DNA of 63,227 bases, counting the filler, from an uncultured Methanosarcinales archaeon (GTDB lineage: Archaea > Nanobdellota > Nanobdellia > Woesearchaeales > JAGLXL01), in the NCBI GenBank assembly GCA_964472345.1. It is 14 parts of 14 records of this genome, joined end to end, with 100 filler letters (N's around TTAATTAATTAA, not from the genome) between each part and the next. Parts side by side here need not be neighbours in the genome. Positions count along the whole stretch, not along the records: positions 24,861 to 29,541 come from CAYYLB010000080.1; positions 29,642 to 34,224 come from CAYYLB010000081.1; positions 34,325 to 38,604 come from CAYYLB010000082.1; 11 more parts are not named here. One strand, given 5' to 3'. Both the position numbers and the translations under genes were made by a program. Under the pieces are notes generated by a model. It made no database searches, was not told where the DNA came from, and was given only the letters and a program-made list of their open reading frames with translations. Below, piece by piece: positions 29,020-38,704 of this stretch (position 1 is the stretch's first letter; the number at the start of each line of letters is the position of its first letter).

Positions 29020-29112
29020 GGACGCATATCCCCTCGCATGGCTTCCAAGCCAAAGAGGCGCGGTTTATATAGTTTTTTGTTTGCAGTAAAAATATAGTTT
29101 TGTTAGATGGTA

Positions 29113-29367
29113 TTATCTTTTGTATATTGTCCCCCTATGGTCTATCACGCGGACAATAATCATCTTGTTCGCAAAATCAGCATCAACCAAAGCACGATAA
29201 TCCCCCATCCGGTATTTGTAATAATCTTTGCTTTCATAATGCTCAAGATAATGGAAAGGGTTCTCTCCTTTTAACTTTTCTAGCCCTTTTCGTAGCCTTT
29301 GGGCAGTCTGCTTATCTTTCTTATCCAAGAAGTTTTGGGCATCCGGAGACAGAAGAACTTCCCACAT
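29113..29367 (-). CDS. RelE/ParE-family toxin
   Basis: MWEVLLSPDAQNFL..YKYRMGDYRAL..VIDHRGTIYK. Confidence 0.88.
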   Translation of the reverse strand: MWEVLLSPDAQNFLDKKDKQTAQRLRKGLEKLKGENPFHYLEHYESKDYYKYRMGDYRALVDADFANKMIIVRVIDHRGTIYKR

Positions 29368-29372
29368 AAGAT

Positions 29373-29540
29373 TCACAACTTAACATACTGTGAAATTGGT
29401 GTTTTGCGTGCATTCTCCAGGCGCTGCTTTGCATTTTGTGTGAGCTCTCCTTCTTCTGAGAGTATCTGCTTAATGATTGCCACATCCCGCTTTAAAGACT
29501 CTATATCTTTGTGCATGTGTTCCATGATTGCTTCTGCCAT
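29373..29540 (-). CDS. Probable cognate antitoxin, 55 aa (not in the ORF track)
   Basis: MAEAIMEHMHKDIESLKRDVAIIKQILSEEGELTQNAKQRLENARKTPISQYVKL directly upstream of the RelE gene. Confidence 0.7.
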   Translation of the reverse strand: MAEAIMEHMHKDIESLKRDVAIIKQILSEEGELTQNAKQRLENARKTPISQYVKL

Positions 29541-29641
29541 ANNNNNNNNNNNNNNNNNNNNNNNNNNNNNNNNNNNNNNNNNNNNTTAATTAATTAANNN
29601 NNNNNNNNNNNNNNNNNNNNNNNNNNNNNNNNNNNNNNNNN

Positions 29642-29964
29642 GTCATGTGGAACAGCCCGCCGAGATCAAGGTAGTGCACGTTCGCCTCGAGGCAGGCGCG
29701 CATCACCTCCAGATTATGGTAATAGGTGGTGCAGTTGATGGCGACGGCCGCGCCTTTCAGCATGCGCGCCGTGCCGCTGATGTCCGTGACATCGATGGCA
29801 GCGCTGCGGACGCGCCTGCTCCTGAAGCTCCGGGCGTACGTGGACGCTTTTTTCCCGTCGTGCGCAGCGATCACGATCTCGCAGGTTGCACAGGAATCGA
29901 AAAGATCACGCACAACCCAGCGCCCGATGTTCCCTGTCCCGCCCAGCACGACAATTTTTTCCAT
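29642..29964 (-). CDS. Saccharopine-dehydrogenase-like oxidoreductase, truncated
   Basis: Rossmann VLGGTGNIG, VMRACLEANVHYLDLGG. Confidence 0.85.
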
Positions 29965-29973
29965 AGGCAGCAC

Positions 29974-31338
29974 TCATTTCTTCTTGAACACCAGTTTCGT
30001 CGCCTGATCAAACGCCTCGAGCGTCTTCCGAAGGTCCTCTTTGGTGTGTGAGTAGCAGGTAAAGATGGGCTCTTCATTGTCCTCATCGAACATGATGCCG
30101 CGCCTGAGCAGCTCGAGGTGCAGATCCGCGTAGACAGCGAGATCGCAATGCCGGATATCGCGGTACTCGTGCACTTCCTTGCGGGTAAAGAAAAACTGGA
30201 ACATGGTTGCATAGCCCTGTATCATGGCGTCGACGTTCCTGTCTTCGATGCAATCCGCAAACCCTCGGATGAGCAATTTCCCATAGCGCTGCATCTGGCT
30301 GATGACTCCTTTCCGTCTGAGCTCCCCAAGCGTCGCGATAACCGCAGACATCGACAGCGGGTTGCTTGAAAATGTCCCGCCGTGCACCACCTTGTGCGGA
30401 CCGATGACATCCATAACCTCTTTTTTTCCGGCGATGCAGGCAACCGGATAGCCATTGCCCAAGGACTTCGAGAATGTGCTGAGATCCGGTGTGACATGAA
30501 AGAGCTGCTGCGCGCCGCCATCGGCAAGACGAAAGCCAGTCTTGACTTCATCGAAGATAAGCGCGATGTTGTAGCGGCTGCATAGTTGCCGGAGGTGCTT
30601 CAGGAAGCCGGGGGCAGGAGGGATGACACCTGCATTGCCCATCACCGGCTCGCAGATGACTGCGGCGAGCTGCTGGTGCTGCTTCCTGATCAGCTTCTCG
30701 ACGCCGGAGAAGTCATTCCATCGCGCAACCGTGACGAGGCGCCGGATCGCCTTCGGAATCCCCTGGGACATGGGAATCGCTGATCCGCTTCCCCTGAGCT
30801 TGTCAAACGGCGCGTCGGTTGAAAACAGCACATAATCATGCGCGCCGTGATAATGGCCTTCAAACTTGAGGATCCGCTCCTTTCTTGTGAATGCCCGCGC
30901 GACGCGAAGCGCATGCATGGTCGCTTCCGTCCCCGAATTCGAGAAGCGGACCATTTCCGCGGAAGGGACCATGCTCCGGATCAGCTTCGCTGCTCGGATC
31001 TCCTTTTCGTTGCTTAATGCGTAGACCGTGCCTTTCTTCTCCGCTTCGTGGAGCTTCTGCTGGACCGCAGGGTAGCTATGGCCGAGGATCACCGGGCCGA
31101 AGCCGAGGCGGTAATCAATATACCTGTTCCCATCAACATCCCAGATGTGGCTGCCTTTTGCCCGGGCGATGTAAATCGAGCAGGGAATGCCAATCTTGCA
31201 GAGGCGCTGCCACAGCCGTGCATTGGAGCTGACGCCTGCAGGCAGGTAGCTCAGCGCCTCCGCAAAGAGCTGCTCCGAGCGCCTGAGCACCAGCTGTTTT
31301 GCCGGTGGCTGTTTTGCGGGATGCGTGAAGCGCCTCAC
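29974..31338 (-). CDS. Class III PLP aminotransferase, GSA-aminomutase-like
   Basis: WDVDGNRYID, RFSNSGTEA, KFEGHYHG, FDEVKTGFR, FSKSLGNG; GTG start overlapping the ALDH stop is inferred. Confidence 0.88.
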   Translation of the reverse strand: MRRFTHPAKQPPAKQLVLRRSEQLFAEALSYLPAGVSSNARLWQRLCKIGIPCSIYIARAKGSHIWDVDGNRYIDYRLGFGPVILGHSYPAVQQKLHEAEKKGTVYALSNEKEIRAAKLIRSMVPSAEMVRFSNSGTEATMHALRVARAFTRKERILKFEGHYHGAHDYVLFSTDAPFDKLRGSGSAIPMSQGIPKAIRRLVTVARWNDFSGVEKLIRKQHQQLAAVICEPVMGNAGVIPPAPGFLKHLRQLCSRYNIALIFDEVKTGFRLADGGAQQLFHVTPDLSTFSKSLGNGYPVACIAGKKEVMDVIGPHKVVHGGTFSSNPLSMSAVIATLGELRRKGVISQMQRYGKLLIRGFADCIEDRNVDAMIQGYATMFQFFFTRKEVHEYRDIRHCDLAVYADLHLELLRRGIMFDEDNEEPIFTCYSHTKEDLRKTLEAFDQATKLVFKKK

Positions 31339-32840
31339 CGTGAGCTGCCCCCATAGACGGTGTAGTGCCAAGGCCTTCGCGCCTTGCCCGTCATGTCGAT
31401 GTAGACATGCTTCAGGCGCGTGTACTCTTCAAATGAGTAAAGGGAAAGGTCTTTGCCGAAGCCCGACTGCCTGAAGCCGCCGTGCGGCATTTCGCTGGCC
31501 AGGACGCCATGCTCATTGATCCAGACGGTGCCGAAGTCGAGCCTCTTCGCAGCGTCGATGCAGTCACGGATGTTTGTCCCGTAGACACTTGCAGCAAGGC
31601 CATAGTCAACGTCGTTTGCCTTTTCGATGGCTTCGCGCACCGAATTGACTTTGATGACAGTGATGACGGGGCCAAAGATCTCGTCGCGGCAGACTTTCAT
31701 GTCCTGCTCAACATTAGTCATGATGGTCGGCTCAAGGAAGAATCCATTGCGGCAGCGCACGCTCCTGGGACGCGAGCCGCCGGTGACTATGCGGGCGCCG
31801 TCATCAAGCCCGGACTGGATATATCCTTCAACGCGCGTGCGCTGCCGCTCGCTCACGAGAGGGCCCATATCGGTTGTTTCGTGCAGCGGGTTGCCGAGGC
31901 GGAATCTTTTCGCGCGGGAGGCCATGGCGCTGGCGAGCCTGTCGTGGAGCTGCTTCATGACAATCACGCGCGTGACGGCGGTGCAGTCTTGTCCCGCATT
32001 CCAGTACCCGCCGACGACCGCGCCTTGCGCAGCCATCTCGATATCCGCATCAGGCAGCACGATCAACGGGGCTTTCCCGCCCAACTCAAGGTGCACTTTC
32101 TTGACGTTTGATGAAGCGAGCTGCATGATCTTTTTGCCCGTGGCGGTGTCGCCGGTGACGGAAATCATGTCGACCTCCGCGCTTGAGGCGAGCTCTGCGC
32201 CGACAGTTTCACCGGGCCCTGTTACGACGTTCAAGGTGCCTGCAGGGAGACCTGCCTTCTCTGCGAGCCTGGCAAACTCAAGCAGCGTGAGAGGGGTGGC
32301 GGACGCCGGCTTGATGACGAGCGTGTTTCCTGCTGCAAGTGCCGGGGCGATTTTCCAGACGGCAATGTACAGCGGATAGTTCCAGGGGACGATCCCTGCG
32401 ACGACGCCGATGGGCTCCCGGCGGATCATGCTCGTGCCAAGGCCCGAGTACTCGGCTGCGGCCTTGCCTTCCAGCATCCGCGCGGCGCCGGCGAAAAAGC
32501 GCAGGTTATCGATAATGAACGGCAGATCAGAATCACGGGCGTACTTGATCGTCTTGCCCTGGTTCATGCTTTCGAGCCTCGCAAGGCGGGCTGCGTTCCG
32601 CTCCACAATATCAGAGAGCTTCCATAAGACGGCGGCTCGCTCTGAAGGTGGTTTTGCTGACCAGCTGCCCGCATCAAACGCGTCCCGGGCAGCCTCTACC
32701 GCACGCTTCGCATCTTCGGCATTTCCCTCCGGAACGTGCGCAATGAGCGCCTGATTGAACGGATTATGCACCGGGTAATAGCCGCCGCTGAGCGGCGCGA
32801 GCCATTTCCCTCCAATGGGGTTCTTATAGCGCAGTGCCAT
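31335..32840 (-). CDS. Aldehyde dehydrogenase, gamma-aminobutyraldehyde/betaine-aldehyde type
   Basis: VPWNYP, LELGGKAP, NAGQDCTA, EIFGPV, PHGGFRQSGFGKDLS; GGAGGTGA RBS before MALRY. Confidence 0.92.
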   Translation of the reverse strand: MALRYKNPIGGKWLAPLSGGYYPVHNPFNQALIAHVPEGNAEDAKRAVEAARDAFDAGSWSAKPPSERAAVLWKLSDIVERNAARLARLESMNQGKTIKYARDSDLPFIIDNLRFFAGAARMLEGKAAAEYSGLGTSMIRREPIGVVAGIVPWNYPLYIAVWKIAPALAAGNTLVIKPASATPLTLLEFARLAEKAGLPAGTLNVVTGPGETVGAELASSAEVDMISVTGDTATGKKIMQLASSNVKKVHLELGGKAPLIVLPDADIEMAAQGAVVGGYWNAGQDCTAVTRVIVMKQLHDRLASAMASRAKRFRLGNPLHETTDMGPLVSERQRTRVEGYIQSGLDDGARIVTGGSRPRSVRCRNGFFLEPTIMTNVEQDMKVCRDEIFGPVITVIKVNSVREAIEKANDVDYGLAASVYGTNIRDCIDAAKRLDFGTVWINEHGVLASEMPHGGFRQSGFGKDLSLYSFEEYTRLKHVYIDMTGKARRPWHYTVYGGSSR

Positions 32841-32844
32841 AGCT

Positions 32845-34188
32845 TCACCTCCTTCGGATAGCCTCATTGATTGACTGCCCAATGAGAGCAAGCCCGCTGT
32901 CCAGATCCTCGCTGGTGATGGTCAGGGGCATCAATGTGCGGAGAGCGTTGCCGAGCAGACCCGCATTAAGCAGGAGCAGACCGTTCTGATAGGCGTAGCG
33001 GACGGTGGCTCTTGCCAGCCCTTCGTCAGGCTGCTTCGTGCGCTTGTCTTTCACGAGCTCGAGAGCGCACATCGCACCCAGCCCGCGGGCATCGCCGGCC
33101 TGCTCGACAGCCTGCTGCAGGCCGCGGAAGTGGCGCATGACCCGCAAACCGATGCGCTGGGCGCGGTGAGCAAGATTTTTCTTCCTTATGAAATCGATTG
33201 CAGCAAGGGCCGCAGCGCAACTCACCGGATTTCCGGAGAAGGTGCCGCCCAATCCGCCTGGCTGAACACTGTCCATGATGGCTTTCTTCCCCGTGACTGC
33301 GCTCAGCGGCATCCCATTGGAAAGGGATTTTGCCGTGACGATAAGATCAGGCCTGATGCCGTAATGCTCATACGCGAACATCCTGCCCGTGCGCGCAAAC
33401 CCGGTCTGCACTTCATCGATGATAAGCAAAATGCCATGCTGCCTGCAAAGCCTGGCAAGGCTGCGGACATACCGTTTCGGGGCAACGATGAAGCCACCTT
33501 CCCCAACGACAAGCTCCATGACGACCGCAGCGATGTTTTCCGGCGCGACGATCCCCTTGAAGAAGTCTCCTTCGATGTGGCTGAGGAGCTGATCGATGTA
33601 CTCAGCTTCGGTCTGGCAGGATGCCGGCTTGCGGTAGACATAGGGATATTCAAGCTTGTAGGTTTCGGGGGCGAATGGGCCGAAGCCTTCCTTGTAGGGC
33701 TTGAGCCTGCCCGTGAGGCTCAGCGCGAGCAGCGTCCGGCCGTGAAAGCCGTATTCGAATGAAACGACCGCCGGCCTTCCGGTAGAGCGGCGTGCAATCT
33801 TGACGGCGTTTTCGACCGCTTCCGCACCTGAGTTGAACAGCGCGCTTTTGTTGCGGGCCCCGGTCTTCACAAGCCTGTTGAGCCGCTCGCACAGCGCGAC
33901 ATAGTGCTCGTAACCGGCGACGGTAAAGCAGGTATGGAGAAAGCGGCCTGCCTGCTCTTTTATCGCAGCAGTGATTTCTGGATTCCCGTGGCCGCTGTTC
34001 GTCGCCCCGATTCCCCCCGAGAAGTCAATATAGGAATTCCCATCGACGTCGATCAGTCGTGCTCCTTTGGCACGGGAGATGAACAAAGGGGTGAGCATGT
34101 CAACTCCCCGCGAGATGGCGTGCTCTTTTCTTCTGAGCAGGCGCTTGCTTTTTTCCCCTGGTATCGCTCGGTTCATCCTCTTTGGCAT
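32845..34188 (-). CDS. gabT: 4-aminobutyrate aminotransferase
   Basis: IDFSGGIG, FNSGAEAVENAVKIAR, FHGRTLL, DEVQTGFARTG, AKSLSNGMPL, GGTFSGNP. Confidence 0.9.
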   Translation of the reverse strand: MPKRMNRAIPGEKSKRLLRRKEHAISRGVDMLTPLFISRAKGARLIDVDGNSYIDFSGGIGATNSGHGNPEITAAIKEQAGRFLHTCFTVAGYEHYVALCERLNRLVKTGARNKSALFNSGAEAVENAVKIARRSTGRPAVVSFEYGFHGRTLLALSLTGRLKPYKEGFGPFAPETYKLEYPYVYRKPASCQTEAEYIDQLLSHIEGDFFKGIVAPENIAAVVMELVVGEGGFIVAPKRYVRSLARLCRQHGILLIIDEVQTGFARTGRMFAYEHYGIRPDLIVTAKSLSNGMPLSAVTGKKAIMDSVQPGGLGGTFSGNPVSCAAALAAIDFIRKKNLAHRAQRIGLRVMRHFRGLQQAVEQAGDARGLGAMCALELVKDKRTKQPDEGLARATVRYAYQNGLLLLNAGLLGNALRTLMPLTITSEDLDSGLALIGQSINEAIRRR

Positions 34189-34324
34189 GAGAAGAAGCTG
34201 GTGCGGCTCTTAAAGGTAACGCTTNNNNNNNNNNNNNNNNNNNNNNNNNNNNNNNNNNNNNNNNNNNNTTAATTAATTAANNNNNNNNNNNNNNNNNNNN
34301 NNNNNNNNNNNNNNNNNNNNNNNN

Positions 34325-34834
34325 CTGCACCCCATGCCCGTTGCATGTCCTGCATGGCTCGCGATCGCCGCCGCGGCCATCGCACGCAGCACAGCGCTCG
34401 AGCTTGTTCACGAGCACCGTTCTCGTCGCCCCTTCCGCGGCATCCTCAAGCGGCACTTCCAGCTCCTGCATGAGGTCGGCGCCGCGCCGCCGCTGCTGCC
34501 GCCTTCTTCCACCGCCGCCGAAGAAGCGCTCGAAGATGTCGTCAAAGCCTCCGCCGAACTGGCCGAAGTCGAAGCCCCGCATGAAGTCGGTGAAGTCAAA
34601 GCCCTGCTGCGTCCCGGCACCGTCCGCCGTCCCGAACTGGTCGTAGTGCGCGCGCTTCTCGTCGTCCGCCAAAACGGAAACGGCCTCGTTGATCTCCTTG
34701 AACTTCTGCTCCGCATCCGGGCTCTTGTTGAGGTCGGGATGGTACTGCTTGGCGAGCTTCTTGTAGGCTTTCTTGATCTCTTCCTTGCCCGCGCCGCGCG
34801 AAACGCCGAGAGTCTTGTAGTAGTCTTTGGTCAT
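34325..34834 (-). CDS. dnaJ: Chaperone DnaJ, 3' truncated
   Basis: J-domain with HPD, G/F-rich region, CxxCxGxG repeats. Confidence 0.96.
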
Positions 34835-35466
34835 GCGAGCACCTCAAGGAGCTGTTCGGGCCTTTCGATGAACACATCGGGCTGCGCGTCCTGCAGCGCC
34901 TCCTTGTGGTTCCAGCTGTGGCTGCAGAGGATTACTGTCTTCACCTGCGCAGCCCTGCCGATCATGATGTCCTGGACCATGTCGCCGACGAAGAGAGCCT
35001 CTTCCGGGCTGACGCTGAGCCGCTGCAGCGCGATGCTCAGGCTCTCGGACTTCCTGCCGTCCTCCATCCCAACAACACACGCGAAGTGCTGCCGGACGCC
35101 GAGGCTCCTGAGCCGCTCTTCGATGAATTCCTTGCTCATTCCCGACGCGACGGCAAGCCGGCAGGAGCGTGCAAGCTTCTCCAGCACCCCTTTGATGCCG
35201 GGGACAAGGGTGATCTCCCCCTTTCGCTTCCTCTTGACTTCATAATAGATTTTTTCTGCTGCTGCAATTTCCCGCGGAGCAAGCTTCCACTCCCGATAGA
35301 TCTCGTGATACGGCCTGATGTGCGCGTGCTTGAACTCCTCCTCAGAGCTGAACCCCGTGATGCCAAGCCGCTTGGCGATCTCCTTGTATGCCTCAACGCC
35401 GACCGCGAGGGAGTCCACCAGCACGCCGTCATAGTCGAAGATGATGGCTTTTGGTCTGGTCTTCAT
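34831..35466 (-). CDS. HAD-family phosphatase (phosphoglycolate-phosphatase-like)
   Basis: [24 protein letters not shown] overlaps on both sides. Confidence 0.9.
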   Translation of the reverse strand: MKTRPKAIIFDYDGVLVDSLAVGVEAYKEIAKRLGITGFSSEEEFKHAHIRPYHEIYREWKLAPREIAAAEKIYYEVKRKRKGEITLVPGIKGVLEKLARSCRLAVASGMSKEFIEERLRSLGVRQHFACVVGMEDGRKSESLSIALQRLSVSPEEALFVGDMVQDIMIGRAAQVKTVILCSHSWNHKEALQDAQPDVFIERPEQLLEVLA

Positions 35467-36533
35467 TGTTCGTTGCGGCGGATCACATGAACGGTGCCCG
35501 CGGTTGCGTTGAGCTCGACGAACTCCCCGTCTTTTAAAGCTTGTGTCGCGACTTTCGTGCCCACGATGCACGGCTTTTGGAGCTCCCGCGCGACAATCGC
35601 CGCGTGGCAGAGCATCCCCCCATGGTCCGTGATAATCCCCTGCGCTTTCGCCATAGCCGGGAGATACGATGGGTCGGTCATTGCCGTCACGATGACATCC
35701 GCTGTTCCCACCTTGTGGAGGTCTGCTGTCCCCGTGATCACCCTCACCTTGCCTTGCACGATGCCGGGACTGGCAGGAATCCCCCTGATCGATTCCCCTT
35801 CTTTTGGCGAAGGGAGCGGCCACGGTACGCTGTTCATGACCGGCGTTGTATTAAAATCAATGAACACAAAGCCCTGCTGCGGGGCGTACAGGAACTCAAA
35901 ATACCCCTTGACGAGGCCCTGTGCCGAGGGAAATTCGCACGGTGGAGACGTTCTCACCTGCTGGATCGCCTGCTCGGCGACCTGCCGGAAGGCGCTGCCG
36001 ACGTCCAGCTTCCGTGTCGAGAAATCGAGAGAGCACCGCACAATCTCTGAATCGTCCGTTCCCTGCGTCAGCGTATGGTGCGGCCCTCTCGTGAGCTCCA
36101 TGAGAATCCCTCCCTCCCCGACCAGCATGATGCCTCCGACTTCCGTTTCGAACTGGGGCCACACGGTCACGACACGAAAGCGCCCGGGGCCCGTCAGGCT
36201 GCTGACCAGCGCGTAGCACTCTTCCTTGCTGATGCCATGCTTCCTGATGCGGAAGAGCGTCTGCTCAAACTCCTTTTTCGGCTCCGCTTTGATGGAGTAC
36301 CTGCTGGCCGCGCTCTTCCTGAAGAACTCCTGCAGCGGCGCCGATGCCTCGAGGAAGTCCTGAACGCTGAAGTCACTCTTCTGTTCAATCGGAAGGCCGA
36401 TCTGCTCGTGGAGCTTCTGCAGCCGCCCCCACTTCGAGAGGTCCTGCCCGATGGCATCCTGGAGCCTTGAGCTGCGCTGGGGGGCAATCTGCTTCACACC
36501 CTGCAGCCATTCGGACATCGAGTAGGATTTCAC
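35463..36533 (-). CDS. PEP-utilizing (swivelling phospho-His) domain protein with a possible ATP-grasp-like N-terminal region
   Basis: GIPASPGIVQG, VTAMTDP, TDHGGMLCHAAIVARELQKPCIVG; N-terminal part ends FEFLY..FIDFN; GTG start overlapping the upstream stop. Confidence 0.85.
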   Translation of the reverse strand: MKSYSMSEWLQGVKQIAPQRSSRLQDAIGQDLSKWGRLQKLHEQIGLPIEQKSDFSVQDFLEASAPLQEFFRKSAASRYSIKAEPKKEFEQTLFRIRKHGISKEECYALVSSLTGPGRFRVVTVWPQFETEVGGIMLVGEGGILMELTRGPHHTLTQGTDDSEIVRCSLDFSTRKLDVGSAFRQVAEQAIQQVRTSPPCEFPSAQGLVKGYFEFLYAPQQGFVFIDFNTTPVMNSVPWPLPSPKEGESIRGIPASPGIVQGKVRVITGTADLHKVGTADVIVTAMTDPSYLPAMAKAQGIITDHGGMLCHAAIVARELQKPCIVGTKVATQALKDGEFVELNATAGTVHVIRRNEQ

Positions 36534-37147
36534 GCTTGCTTCTCCGCGATGTGATGTACCCATTGCACCCCGTTGCGACGGAGGTCTTCCTGGACCCATG
36601 CAACGCGCACCGCAAACCCGCTTGCTTTTAAAAGGCTTGACATCTCAGGAAGCGTGAAGAACGAGGTGTAGCGTTCAACCTTCAGTTCCGGATCGGGCGT
36701 AAGTCCCTCACCAGTTCCTTTTTTATTGCAGAGAAGCAGCGTTCCGCCCGGCTTCAGCACGCGATGAAACTCCTGCAGCGCTTTTCCGGCCGATTTTTTC
36801 TCTACATGCATAATCACCGCATTACACAGAATAACATCGAACGTATCCGCTTCAAACGGCAAATCCCGGACATCAGCAACGAAAAACTCAGCACCGGGGA
36901 CACGCTTTTTTGCTTCTTCAATCATCTTTTCAGCCAAATCGACGCCAACGACCGAAAAGCCGCGGCCATGAAGAAGCCGGACATCCCTTCCAAACGCACA
37001 GCCGGCATCTAAAACCTTTGCATGCGGCGGGATGGTGAAATGCTTCTCAAAAATGCCAAGAACATCAAGGGATGAGGTCCTATCGCGGTAGCTGTCGACC
37101 GTGGCATTATATGATTCGATGGTAATGGCCGTGTTGCGGTCCATCAC
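36530..37147 (-). CDS. Class I SAM-dependent methyltransferase
   Basis: VLDAGCAFG, VGVDLA, ADVRDLPF..FD, RVLKPGG. Confidence 0.92.
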   Translation of the reverse strand: MMDRNTAITIESYNATVDSYRDRTSSLDVLGIFEKHFTIPPHAKVLDAGCAFGRDVRLLHGRGFSVVGVDLAEKMIEEAKKRVPGAEFFVADVRDLPFEADTFDVILCNAVIMHVEKKSAGKALQEFHRVLKPGGTLLLCNKKGTGEGLTPDPELKVERYTSFFTLPEMSSLLKASGFAVRVAWVQEDLRRNGVQWVHHIAEKQA

Positions 37148-37758
37148 AGCTCCTCCGGCGCAACGCCAAGCACACCGCAGATCTCCCGCTCCGCCTGCTC
37201 CTCTGCCGCGACGACCTGCTTCCAGCGCTCCATTCCGCCGTCGCCGACGATCTTTTTGTAATACCGCTTGAAGAAATCTGCCATGCGCTCCTCGAGGGGG
37301 ATCACCTTCGTCCCGAGCACGCGCCAGTCGGCGTAATGCACGACCTTCTCCTCCCAGCCGCGATGATCGGGCAGCTCATGGGACAGCGCGCCTTCGCTCC
37401 GGATGAACGCGGCAAGCTCCGGGTAGCGCTCCCGCAGCAGTTCGTATGCTATTTCACTCTCGTGCTTCCCTGCAAACCGCGCACGCAGCTCCTTCCACGA
37501 CGCAAGCTCCTCTGCCGCCGGCTCATAGGGAAACTGCTTCGACGCGCCGAGCTTCTCCAATGTCGCTGCCTTCATCCAGTCGTGCAGCAAGCCGCCGATG
37601 CGGACCAGCCCGACGTCGATCGCGATGCCGCGCGCCTTTAACTGCCCGGCGATCCGTACCGCAAGCCTGCTGACCGCGACGCAGTGCCCGTGGATGTTCT
37701 TCGGGACGTGGTACTTGGCGAAGAGCTGATCGCACTCCTCCACCGACGGGAGATTCAT
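37144..37758 (-). CDS. HD-domain phosphohydrolase
   Basis: HC..GLLHD..KHE..VHYAD motif order. Confidence 0.88.
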   Translation of the reverse strand: MNLPSVEECDQLFAKYHVPKNIHGHCVAVSRLAVRIAGQLKARGIAIDVGLVRIGGLLHDWMKAATLEKLGASKQFPYEPAAEELASWKELRARFAGKHESEIAYELLRERYPELAAFIRSEGALSHELPDHRGWEEKVVHYADWRVLGTKVIPLEERMADFFKRYYKKIVGDGGMERWKQVVAAEEQAEREICGVLGVAPEEL

Positions 37759-38604
37759 CTCTTTCCCTTCTTTTCACGCTTCTCTTCACCGCCGCCCTTC
37801 TCCTCAAACTCCGCGTCAACGACCTTTTCGCCGCTGCCGGCGCTTTCCGCGCCTTCGCCGTCGCCTCCCGCGGCTCCGCCGGCAGCGCCCTCTCCGCCTT
37901 GCGCTCCGGCTCCTGCCTGCTGGTACAGCTTCGCGCCGATCTGCATGACTTCCCTGTTCAGGGCTTCCATTGCTCCCTTCATGGCACCAACGTCTTCTTT
38001 CTTCTTGGCTTCCTCGAGCTCCTTGAGCTTCTCCTCGATCTTCTCCTTCACCTTCGCGTCAATCTTGTCCTTGAACTCCTCGAGCGTCTTGCGCGTCTGG
38101 TAGAGCGTCGTGTCCGCAAGGTTGAGCGTCTCGACTTTCTCCTTACGCTTGGTGTCCTCCTCGGCGTGCTCCTCAGCCTGCTTGCGCATCTTCTCGACCT
38201 CGTCCTCGCTGAGCTTGTTGGGCGCGGTGATGCGGATGCTCTGCTCTTTTCCCGTGCCCTTGTCTTTGGCGGTCACGTGGAGGATGCCGTTGGCGTCAAT
38301 GTCAAACGTCACCTCGATCTGCGGCATCCCCCGCGGAGCAGGCGGAATGCCAACCAGGTCGAACTGGCCGAGCAGCTTGGTGTCCGCGAACATGGGACGC
38401 TCGCCCTGCCCGACGCGGATCGTCACCGCAGGCTGGCTGTCCGCCGCAGTCGAGAAGATTTGCGACTTCTTGGTCGGGATGGTCGTGTTGCGCTCAATAA
38501 GCTTTGTAAAAACGCCGCCGAGCGTTTCGATTCCCAGCGACAGCGGCGTGACGTCGAGCAGGAGGACGTCCTTCACCTCGCCTGCAAGCACGCCGCCCTG
38601 GATG
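37755..38604 (-). CDS. dnaK: Chaperone DnaK, C-terminal part
   Basis: [55 protein letters not shown]. Confidence 0.98.
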
Positions 38605-38704
38605 NNNNNNNNNNNNNNNNNNNNNNNNNNNNNNNNNNNNNNNNNNNNTTAATTAATTAANNNNNNNNNNNNNNNNNNNNNNNNNNNNNNNNNNNNNNNN
38701 NNNN

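Noticed and set aside
26311..29097. Long plus-strand ORFs (385 and 508 aa), and similar ones such as 10914-12116 and 41279-42739
   Set aside because: Antisense shadows of smc, corA/topA and gltX caused by GC-rich codon bias.
29974..31338. hemL (tetrapyrrole synthesis)
   Set aside because: Sequence is GSA-like, but the context is amine catabolism with no hem genes on the contig, so no symbol was assigned.
34188..34834. Operon links across linkers, such as dnaJ with gabT or pyrD with ftsZ
   Set aside because: The genes lie on different contigs that are ordered only by length.
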